Source: Eledone cirrhosa (Eukaryota). Taken from it: DNA of 64,000 nt. Shown here in pieces: positions 53,250-64,000 of this stretch. The position numbers were made by a program, and so were the translations under genes. The number at the start of each line of letters is the position of its first letter. The first letter of the stretch is position 1. The notes beneath the pieces were generated by a model. That model had not been told where the DNA came from and made no database searches. It saw only the letters and a program-made list of their open reading frames with translations. The stretch is from assembly GCA_964016885.1 (NCBI GenBank), contig OZ024741.1, positions 106,950,001 through 107,014,000 of the forward strand, written 5' to 3'.

Positions 53250-53767
53250 ATAAAACATAAATAAATATTTTGAAAGTCTCCTCAAGAAATGCAAGAAAAA
53301 TTATATATATATAGATGAAGGTAATACAATAGACATATAAAATATAAAATATAAAATATCTAAAAAAATATTTTAAGAAATATATTTAGGTGTGTGTATA
53401 TGTATGTATATACACTCACAGATATACATATGTATATATGTACAAATGCGTGTGTATAGTGAAAATGTGTGCGTAAATATATGTATATATGTAACGATAG
53501 ACACACATGATATGAGTGTCTGTTTGACAGGTATACAGAGAAAACAGGGTGTTAGATACATTATAAGAATATGAAGGCACGCGTATAAACACACACGCAT
53601 ATCTGTGAGTGTATATACATACATATACACACACCTAAATATATTTCCTAAAATATTTTTTTATATATTTTATATTTTATATGTCTATTGTATTACCTTC
53701 ATCTATATATATATAATTTTTCTTTCATTTCTTGAGGAGACTTTCAAAATATTTATTTATGTTTTAT

Positions 53768-53845
53768 ATTGCCTCGTCCGACGAACGAATGAAGACGTCT
53801 CTTTCGTATTCGTCTTATTCGGGAAACCTCTGGTAATGAGGTAAT
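53768..53845 (+). ncRNA. Type I hammerhead ribozyme (U4C variant), right arm of palindrome
   Basis: attgcctcgt-CCGACGA-a-cgaatgaagacg(13 nt)cgtcttattcg-g-GAAA-cc(tct)gg-TA-atgaggtaat. Stem I is 10 bp with G-U pairs and stem II is 11 bp with one bulge. Confidence 0.75.
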
Positions 53846-53942
53846 TATTTTGTATTGATTTTTATACATTAAATTTTGATCTGGTACTTACATAGAGCAT
53901 TCTTCACTCCTATGATTTTTTCTATTTTCAACGGAAACTTCA

Positions 53943-53982
<40 letters not shown>

Positions 53983-54249
53983 AGTTTGTCCAGGTGTTTT
54001 AGAGTTATAGAAGGTTGGTCTGTGCATTTTGATTTACTCTTTTAATTAATATGTATTTTCCACTGTTTTCGTAGACTTTGTGTTTTTCACTCTAATGGTT
54101 CTTTACCCCCTGTAATTGAAAACATACCTTTTTGTGTTTTCTTCTCTATATACTGTATTATGAAGAGCCCGGTACCTATTCCTTGAGCTCATTAAATTAC
54201 AGGGGATTAACGCGAGTTTTTAACTCCGCTTTTTAATTTTATATATATA

Positions 54250-55499
54250 CAGGGGTTGGACAAAATAATGGAAACATCTAGCATCATAGCATCATAATTT
54301 TGAAATATCTATAAAACCGTCAAAAGTTTGTTTATTTTTATGTTTGTTGATTTATTATTAGTGTTGCTTAATGTTTTGTTAAAATTGCTGTTTCTTTTCA
54401 GATATCATCAGCAAAAGGTAATTAAAATTCATTAAAATGACAGATCTATCGAACTTTCAAAGAGGTAAAATTGTTGGTGCTCGTATGGCAGGCGCTAGCG
54501 TAACGAAAACAGCCGAAATGTTTGGTGTATAAAGAAGTACTGTCTCGAAAGTAATGACAGCCTTTGAGAAAGAGGGAAAAACCTCCTCATCGAAACACAA
54601 CTCCGGAAGAAAACCAAAACTTTCAGATAGGGACCGTCGGACTCTTACGCGAATTGTTAGAAAGGATCACAAAAGTACAGCTCCCAAAAGTACTGCAGAG
54701 CTTAATGACCACCTCGAGAACCTAGTTTCCACAAAAACTGTTCGGCGGGAGCTGCACGAAGCCGGATTTCACGGGAAGGCTGCAATCAGAAAACCACTAC
54801 TTTCAAAAACAAACGTTGCAAAGTGTTTAGAGTGGAGTAAAAACCTACAGAATTGATCCCTAGAGTAGTGGAAGAATGTTATTTTCTCGGACGAGTCATC
54901 CTTTACCTTATTTCCGACCACCGGCCAAGTATACGTGTGGAGAAAGCCAAAAGAAGCATTTAACCCAGACTGCCTTCTTCCAACTGTTAAACATGGAGGA
55001 GCATCTGTGATGATCTGGGGGGCTATATCTTGGAAATCCGCCGGCCCAATGGTTTCCCTTCAGGGCAGAATTAATAGTCAAGACTATTAAGCATTTTATC
55101 TGATCAAATTCATCCTATGGTTCCGGAACTATTTCCGGAGGGAAACGCAATCAATTCACACAGCTAAAGTTGTTACTGAATGGCACGAGGAACATTCTAG
55201 TGTAGCTGAACATCTTATCTGGCCACCACAGTCCCCAGATCTCAATATTATTGAACATTTATGGTGCATTTTAGACAAACAAGTAAGGAGTCGATATCCT
55301 CCACCATCATCACTACAAGAACTGGAGACTCTTTTAGCTGAAGAATGGACAAAAATTCCTTTGAGAACAATTCAAACTTTGTACGAGTCGATAGCTCGTA
55401 GAATTCAAGGTGTAATTACTGCCAAAGGTGGTCATACCCCATATTAAAATATATTTGTTTGAAATGTTAAGGTGTTTCCATTATTTTGTCCAACCCCTG
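54250..55499 (+). mobile_element. Tc1-family DNA transposon, full length, defective
   Basis: Perfect 27-bp TIRs caggggttggacaaaataatggaaaca with TA on both sides. Confidence 0.95.
54437..55447 (+). pseudogene. Tc1 transposase pseudogene
   Basis: SGRKPKLS, VIFSDES, VKHGGASVMIWG, WPPQSPDLNIIEHLW, KGGHTPY*. It has several stops and a deletion of the QDN region. Confidence 0.9.
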
Positions 55500-55562
55500 T
55501 ATAAGTAGACAATAAATTACGCGAAATTCATCGATTGAAATAACGGAAACCCATTACTGATA

Positions 55563-55612
<50 letters not shown>

Positions 55613-56119
55613 TATGTTTGTTATGCAAACGCTTAAATTAAATGTGTGTATTTTAAATTGTATAATTCGCTAACGATATATTCAATATGAAATACCGAAC
55701 AGCATATATTCTAAGCTAAATTTACATAAAACATATTTGTCAATACATGAACATGTTAAAATCATGTTAATAACAATATTAATTAGTACGACATTATAAG
55801 TTATTTTATAAAAGCAACAAAGCTGGTTTATTATCTTTTCATAGGCAACTGGATCAATTTGTAAAGCTTCATTCACTGAACCAGCTTTCTAATTGCATTC
55901 TAAACGCATCAGTTGCTGTTAATTTTAATTTGCTAATTGCATATAAACGCTAAAAACACATACCATACAATTATAGCATTCATTGGCATGTTGTTTAGCC
56001 TGTGTTATCTATGCCCCCTTTTTTATTTTGAATATATACATATATTTATATATAATGGACGTTGCTTGAATATAGTATATTCTTGCTAATATTCTTAATT
56101 AGTCAAGTAGTAATAATAT

Positions 56120-56500
56120 AATGAAGGCGTGTGGCTGGGTGGTTAGAGAATTGTGAGGTTGTGAGTTCGATTCCCGGACCGGGCGATGCGTTATGTCCTT
56201 GAGCAAGACACTTTATTTTACGTTGCTCCTTCTCCCTGAAGTTGCGACCGATAGTCCGAGTTGTGACCGAATAGATAGTATTAGCAATTGGAAAGACCAA
56301 TGGAAACATTGTTTCCTCGGTCCGATTTGACGAAAGTCGATCGTTCCTAATAATAAATGCATGAACGTCTATGGTGTAGGAGTTCGTCTATCAACCAACT
56401 GGTTCCGGGTTCACTCCATCTGCGTGGCATCTTGGGCAAGTGTCTTTTATTATAGAAATTAGTGAAATTTATTAGGCGGAAACTTCCGAAGCCTGTCATG
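56120..56500 (+). mobile_element. Decayed tRNA-derived SINEs (other families)
   Basis: B-box gagttcgattccc followed by tccttgagcaagacact; a second head gggttcactcc followed by cttgggcaagtgtc. Confidence 0.55.
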
Positions 56501-56809
56501 TATGTTTGTGTCTGTGTTTATGTCAAGTAACTTTGCGGTACAACAAAAAGAAGTAACAGCCAATATAATTTAAAATCTCTTTAGAAAGGTCGAAGTCTAA
56601 TTAGTGAAACAAGTAAAGGAATATTATATCACGGGCAAAATTGTGGTTTTGTGTTTTTTATTGCGTACCATCCCACTGCTATTGAGTGCAGATATGGAAA
56701 GTGTTTTGTTTTGGCTTTGTAATTTTATTGCACTGAAAGTAATCTATCTAATATGTGTATGTGTGTATATTTGTATGTGTGTATATATGTGTATATATAT
56801 ATATGTACT

Positions 56810-56973
56810 ATGTCCCAGTATTATGTATCAATAATTGTCACAAGTGTAGTGTTTGTACCAGAGTTTTCAAGTTGCTGGCTGGACTAAAAGTCACACTCGT
56901 TCAGCCCATCGGTAGGGGTTCTCCTACATGGATATAAAGTAGTGGCCGTACTCGAAAACGAGTTGGCAGCCAC
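56810..56973 (+). mobile_element. 3' fragment of the RTE-derived element
   Basis: Near-identical to 30010-30170. Confidence 0.8.
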
Positions 56974-59064
56974 CATATATATATGTGTGTATATATGTAT
57001 GTATATTTGTATGTGTTTATATATGTCTGTATGCATGTGTGTGCGTTTATATATGTGTGTATTTTCACAGCCATATATATTATATTATGAATTGTTTTGG
57101 GAAAAATGCAAAATAGTTTGATTCGGGACAGTGTTGTGATTAATCTGGCCTTCAATGTTTAGTTGAATTGGTTTTTCTAGCTTAATCTAATATAATACCC
57201 GACAAGACATCTCTTGCCTGATGACCTTGTGAATACACTGATGAAACCCCAACGTAACAGGGCTCTCACTAACCCGTAATAAGAAATATTAATCTTTACT
57301 ATAGTATTGACTATTCATTCTCGCGAGGGTCAATACTAAACGTATACACACATCTGTGTGGGTAGGGATGCGTATGCTAATCGAGTAAGCCATATTTCTG
57401 TCAATTCTAATCCTTTAACTTTAGTTGTCCCTCTCTAGTGAAATAATTTCTACCCTAGAAGGTTTTTTTCCTTAAACGTCTGTATTATGAAACTCTCTTC
57501 CTTCTTGTTTCTCCCGATGATTATGATTGCATTTCTTTTAAATTCTCTGCTGATCCTTTACCGATTACATCAGTAAAGTCTCATTCGATTTTCTTTCTTT
57601 TTTTTTTCTCTTCTTTTGTAATTCTCGAAACATTTTTTCGTTGTCTTTTATCTAATTTGTAGAGTGTATTTATTAGCAAACATAAGTTTAGAATAATGGA
57701 AGTGTTTCTAAAACAATTTGAAGAGAAAAAAAAGAGAGAAAAAGGGAGAGGAAGGGAAAAGGATAGGCAACCTCCACATTTTTGGCTGAGTGGCATGTCT
57801 CATCTCTGCCACGCAGATAAGATTCTGAAAGCTTGCTACCAGCGACACTTGCTGTATCAGCCATTCCATCTCATGGGGCTCCTTCTTCAGGTAGGATGCA
57901 TTTCGCTAGATTCAGCAGAGTACGACCATACTGGAGGTCTCGATGGCAACTGGTCGGTCAAAGCCCAATCTTTAGTTATCTTCCACTGCTTTGCGTTGTG
58001 GGCGGCGGTACATGGGTTTGTAGCACAGACGATTAACTGATTACTTTGATCCCATTGAATAACTGGTTAGTTGTTGTGAGTAACTTCTAATTAAACATAA
58101 AATAACATAACTTTCTTTAGGTGCGAATTGGGGGAGAATTAGTTGCTATCTCTAGCGTTTGAACGGACTATTTAAGATTTTCACTGGATGGCATGTGAGA
58201 GTTGCCGTATATACATGTTCACACATCAAAGTATAAGATAATATATAATATATGTTAATTTATCCATTGATCCAATTGATTATATTTCTTTTTGTATAGA
58301 AATAAATAAGCTGGTGTACTGCTGTATTGTATTTCGTAGCTTTTTAGTTATTGTTTGCAGAGTTTGTTCACACTGAAACAATTTTCAATGAGTAAAATGG
58401 ATTTCTATCAGTTTCGACGATGAATGTCCCAGTTGTTCAATCAACGAATCAGCTTGCTCACAAAATCATAGTCAGGTGTACTCTTAACAAAATTCTCAGG
58501 GAGATGCAACATGACACTGCATGACAAAACTGAACGTTTGAATTACAGGTACAGACTATCTTGTGTTGTAGTGTAAGTGGCTGAAAATTCCACGGAGATG
58601 TGTATACTTAACGTAATTCTCAGCGAAATTTAACGTGATAACAGTGTGTGACAAGGCTGGCCCGTTGATTTATAGATACAAACCATCCGACAGAATTCCA
58701 AACAGTGTCCATCAAACCAACTTCTGTCGGATATCATGGTTCGGCCTGAGACTATGGGAAATAGCACTTGCCTAAAATTCCACACTGTGGGATTGACTAC
58801 AGGACCTAATGCTTGCAAAGCAAACTTCTCAACCATTCGGTCATACGGTATTTCTCCCGTTTGATTGCGTTCTAAATTGAAATCTCACTGACGGTTCTGT
58901 ATCATTTTAGCTATCAAACAACCAATAACAATAGTAATAATAACAAAAATAATAACAAAAATAATAATAAGGAAAAGGTCAAGAAGAAGAACAAAAAGAA
59001 GAAAGAGAGAAAGAGAAGTGGAAGAAGGGGAAGATCAACAAAAGGGAGCAACAACAGCAATATT

Positions 59065-60240
59065 AGTTGTCTTTATTGGCCACTAGGGCCGAAACATAAA
59101 CAGCAATAAAAAGAAGAGGACAGTGCGGATTTACACAAAACTTGTTAATGAAGGAAAATAAGTAACAATTAACAATAAATAAATAAAGACCGAATGTCCC
59201 CCAAAAGGAGGATCATCCATTAGGGTTAGTTTAAGAAACCCACAGATCAGAAAGCACCCTAACTGCCAAACCTAAGAAGGTGCCCCTCTCTTCACTGAAC
59301 TCGCCAACCCACAGGCGCATGCTCAGAGTAGGCCCTTTCACTCGGGTAGTCCTCGCTACGTTCACACACCATTTAACAAATGTACAGGGGGACAGCCCTT
59401 CATTTTCCATCCACACCTTCCTTTCCCAGGGGAACTTGAAAATATTGATGAGGGCTTGGCCGAAGTGGAAAGTATTTGTCTTCAGTGATTTCAATCGCGT
59501 CTACTACACTACCTCTTTTGCTACAGCCACTAAACAGAAAAAACTATCTATCATTCGCGACCAAGAAGAAATGGTGGGGTGATCTTCACAATAGAGTCGG
59601 CCGATAGCCAGATTCATCCAACACGCAATACTAGCCGTTTGACAAGACTCCACTATTCAGCAATGACCAAGCATTGGACGATTTCATGCAGAACTGTTTC
59701 GTCACTGCACACATCTCAACTTGTCCATCTAACAGCACTTCTGAGCCTGTAGAGTTTATCTCAAACCGGCAGATCAGTCGAAGAGACGAACTGGGGAAAA
59801 ACGTACCTCACAAATGTTTACTGTTCACCATTCAGGAATATCTGCAAATGTCGTAGCCATAGCTTATGTTTGCACATCATAACCCACGGCATGCTCAGTC
59901 CTTCGAATAAAAGCTGTTGGCATCGCTTGACCAGTGAAATATGTCCCTTCCACAAGAAGTAAGGCGCGGAATGGGGCAAGGTAAGAGATGACGGAACGAT
60001 GTACGCGTTCGCCACCTCCGCTCGACCTTTCAGGAATAGCTTCCTGTTGGCCAATATCTGGATAAGAGTGACAAGCCTGCTCGTTACCTCGTCCCAGTTC
60101 CTATCCACGTAGAGGTCTTGACCAAAGCAAATACCGAGCATCTTGACTGGTCCGACGGTGCAATGAAACGGCATGATGTTTCCTCTTCAGGTGCCAAGCT
60201 GCAAACCCGCCGAATTATCCGTGTAGATTTTTGCTCTCGT
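59065..60240 (-). mobile_element. Decayed 5'-truncated Tx1 copy
   Basis: GPVKMLGICFGQDLYVDRNWDEVTSR, LKGRAEVANAYI, RVKGPTLSM; 3' end ccaataaagac. Confidence 0.85.
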
Positions 60241-60244
60241 CAAC

Positions 60245-61085
60245 ATAATAGTAGCACTAACTGAATATAAAATTAGACATGATAGGGTGGGGCAACATAT
60301 CCACTGGATAATATGCAAAAAGTACAATGCAAAACATGCAGAAAACTGGTATGAACACACACCAAAACCAGTAACTGAGACAGATCACACTATTCATGCA
60401 AACCGCCTTGATATTATTATCAAAGACTTAAAAACATAACCTGCTTACTCATTGAAATGACTGTACCGTTTAATAGAAATGTCTCAGCAAACGAGTATGA
60501 GAAACTTGTTAAATATAAAGATCTAGAAATTGAGAAAAACAGAATTTGGCCCCTTAAAACACAAACTATTCCGGTAGCGATAGGAGCTCTGCGTGTCACA
60601 AAGAAAGATGTTCAAATGTTTCTAGAAAACTTACATGGTAAACCTAGCATATACTGTATGAAATCCAAAAGATAGTTCTAACAAGTACCACCCACATACT
60701 TCGTATATCTTTGTCTTTGTAATATATGTCAACATACAATCTTTTCTGTTTCATTTTTATTGCAAATTAAATTAATATTTAATACTATTCAAATATTCTT
60801 AATGCAAAACCAATTCATCTTTTATACTCCTTTATACTTCTTTTTATCTCTTCCTACACTTTCCTTTTTATATTTTCTTTTTTTTTTATGAAAAAAAAAC
60901 TATTTACCTATCAACTTTTGTGATGTGACTTGTTAAATGAATGTGAGGACGGAACAAAAAAGGGGATGGAAGGGAGGGAAAAAAACTAATGAAACTGTGA
61001 AAACCAACGATGCCTGCCCCAAGTATCTGGTTGATACTCAGTAATTATTGCACATAAAGGAAATCAAAGGAAAATATGATAATCA
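60245..61085 (+). mobile_element. R4/Dong 3' fragment (RLE domain and 3' UTR)
   Basis: RHDRVGQHIHW, ANRLDIII, EKLVKYKDLEIE, TIPVAIGAL. The 3' UTR ends in a TAA-like tail. Confidence 0.85.
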
Positions 61086-61444
61086 TAATAAGGATTTCTA
61101 CTATAAGCACTAGGCTAGCAATTTTGGGTGAGTGGGAAAGTTGATTAAATCGCCCAGTACATTACTGGTGCTTTATTTTATCAACCCCGTAAGGATGAAA
61201 GGAAAAATAACAATAAATATAAGATATTCCATGTATAATAATTTCATTAAAATGAGAGTAGCTAAAGCTAAAAATAAACACAATACAAAGTAACTCTTGT
61301 TTTATTTGAGTCGAGTTCACTCCATGTGTTGATACTCACCTAGAACCACCGACGTGACCACTACACCACGTCTACCACAACTACTAACTCTAAGAGCTCG
61401 CTATTACATCACCACCACAACCACCTTTAACGGCACGCCACTAC

Positions 61445-62695
61445 ATAACCACCACCACCACCACCACCAACACCACTACCACCACTACACCACCACCGCC
61501 ACCACCACCACCACCACCACCACCACCACTAAGAGTACGTCACAGTATCGCCACAACTATCGCTCCTTCAAATGCCACTGCACCAGCACTAGCAGCAGCA
61601 CCAACACCACCACAACCACCACAGCCACCACAACCACCACCACCAATACCTCCAATACTAAGAGTACGTTACAGCATTGCCACAAACATCGCTCCCTCAA
61701 AGAGCACGCCACTGCACCAGCACTAGCACAAGTAGCAGTACCACCACCACCACCACCACTACACCACCCACCACTATCAACAACACCACTACCACCACTA
61801 CACCACCACCGCCACTACCACCACCACTACCACTAAGAGCACGCCACTAGTAGCAGTAACACCACCACCACCACCACCACCACCACCACCCACCACCACC
61901 ACAACACCACTACCACCACTACACCACCACTGCCACCACCACCACCACCACTAAGAGCACGCCACTGCACCAGCACTAGTAGCAGTACCACCACCACCAC
62001 CACCACCCACCACCACCAACAACACCACTACCACCACTACACCACCACCACCACCACCACTAAGAGTACGTCACAGTATCGCCACAACTTTCGCTCCTTC
62101 AAAGAGCACGCCACTGCACCAGCACTAGCACTAGTAGCAGTACCACCACCACCACTACCACCACCACCACCACCACCACCACCAACATCAACAACAACAA
62201 CACCACTACCACCACTACACCACCCACCACCCACCATCACCGCCACCACCACCACCACCACCACTAAGAGTACGTCACAGCATTGCCACACTTTCGCTCC
62301 TTCAAAGAGCACGCCACTGCACCAGCACTAGCACTAGCAGCAGTACCACCACCACCACCACCACCACTACCACCACCACCAACAACAACAACAACAACAC
62401 CACTACCACCACTACACCACCCACCAGCCACCATCACCGCCACCACCACCACCACTAAGAGTACGTCACAGCATTGCCACAACTTTCGCTCCTTCAAAGA
62501 GCACGCCACTGCACCAGCACTAGCACTAGTAGCAGTGCCACCACCACCACCACCACCACTACACCACCCACCACCCACCACCACCGCCACCACCACCACC
62601 ACCACCACTAAGAGTACGTCACAGCATTGCCACAACTATCGCTCCTTCAAAGAGCAAGCCACTGCACCAGCGCCACCACCACCATTATCACCATC
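61445..62695. repeat. ~190-bp minisatellite with (CCA)n spacers
   Basis: Recurrent core actaagagtacgtcacagcattgccacaactttcgctccttcaaagagcacgccactgcaccagcactag. Confidence 0.9.
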
Positions 62696-63343
62696 CTAAT
62701 CTATTCCATTTCCCTGCCACCTTGAAGGAAAATTAATGCAATTTGTGCGTCCGACACTGAATCAGAGCTGATCTAAATAATATGGTGCGTGTTTTAATAT
62801 CTTTCAGAGTCAAAAGTGAGCAGACAAACTTCATAAATACACGTTAGCAGTGATGGCTAGGGTCTATATAGTATATATAATCTTACAATATATATTCATG
62901 AACTTATATACTTAATTACTTGATTATTCCAATGAAATTAATCGAGATAATTTAACCCACGAGATTTACAAATTATTCTATGATTTGTTATTCAGATTTT
63001 TCCACCTCCTTATTGCCTGGAACAGCCACATTACTATAGAACTATACTATTACGTCTTCATACTACCACATCATCATGCCACTACACTACCATACCATCA
63101 TACAATACCGATGCTACACCATCACACCACCACACCCGAACACCACCGTATCACCACACTACCACCCCACCACATCTCCACCCCGCCTCACTGCAATATC
63201 ATGACACTAATCCACCACCGACCAACCCATTAAAACATTTTGTTTAATTAGGGATGTTTAAATGAAAATGAAGCTGTAGCAATTATATGATCAGTGAAAG
63301 CCAGGGAAGGTGTGAGGCTGAATGGAGAATTAAAATATAGTAA

Positions 63344-64000
63344 GTGTGGTGTGGAGGAGTGTGGTGTAGTGTGGTGTAGTGTGGTGTAGTGTGGTGTGGA
63401 GGATTGTGGTGTAGTGTGGTGTAGTGTGGTGTAGTGTGGTGTGAAGGACTGTGGTGTAGTGTGGTGTAGTGTGGTGTAGTGTGGTGTAGTGTGGTGTGGA
63501 GGACTGTGGTGTAGTGTGGTGTGGAGGACTGTGGTGTAGTGTGGTGTGGAGGACTGTGGTGTAGTGTGGTGTAGTGTGGTGTAGTGTGGTGTAGTGTGGT
63601 GTAGTGTGGTGTAGTGTGGTGTAGTGTGGTGTGGAGGACTGTGGTGTAGTGTGGTGTGAAGGACTGTGGTGTAGTGTGGTGTAGTGTGGTGTAGTGTGGT
63701 GTAGTGTGGTGTAGTGTGGTGTAGTGTGGTGTAGTGTGGTGTGGAGGACTGTGGTGTAGTGTGGTGTGGAGGACTGTGGTGTAGTGTGGTGTGGAGGACT
63801 GTGGTGTAGTGTGGTGTGGAGGACTGTGGTGTAGTGTGGTGTAATGTGGTATGGTTGGAGTTGTAGTGTGGTGGGGTGTAGTGTGGTGTAATGTGGTGTA
63901 GTGAGCTGTAGTGTGGTGTGGAGGGGGTGTAGTGTGGTGTTGAGGAGTGTGGGGTAGTGTAGTATGGTGGGGTGTACAGTGGTGTAGTGTGGTGTAGTGT
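63344..64000. repeat. (GTGTGGTGTA)n decamer satellite with GGAGGACT variants
   Basis: Directly visible. It runs off the window end. Confidence 0.95.

Noticed and set aside
57212-57285. Hammerhead candidate with two CTGATGA motifs
   Set aside because: Stem II and GAAA cannot be placed consistently with stem I. At best it is a decayed copy.
61445-62695. CRISPR-like repeat-spacer array or repetitive protein exon
   Set aside because: The spacers are (CCA)n expansions rather than unique sequence, the context is eukaryotic, there are no cas genes, and the frames break between units.
63344-64000. Telomeric repeat
   Set aside because: The unit GTGTGGTGTA is not TTAGGG-like and it degenerates toward the window end.

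Overview
Eukaryotic, AT-rich, microsatellite-saturated non-coding DNA. The repeat content resembles an octopus/cephalopod genome (inference). I found no supportable host protein-coding exon. The window holds two nearly intact non-LTR retrotransposons arranged head-to-head: an R4/Dong-clade RT-RLE element (minus, ~1896-5850, one in-frame stop) and a Tx1-clade APE-RT element (plus, ~7002-13038, intact ORF2, one frameshift in ORF1). Both abut (TAA/TTA)n microsatellites. Also present are decayed copies of both families, RTE, CR1-like and Penelope (GIY-YIG) remnants, one mariner and one Tc1 transposon, a MITE, about 15 copies of a tRNA-derived SINE (often tandem dimers), several minisatellites and a 200-N gap. 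The signal least explained by the ORF track is a set of small non-coding elements next to (TA)n tracts, each carrying a type I hammerhead ribozyme fold. There are at least five loci from three or four sequence families, including U3-A8 and U4C core variants, and some occur with fold-back palindromes. All RNA structures were paired by eye and none was computed.
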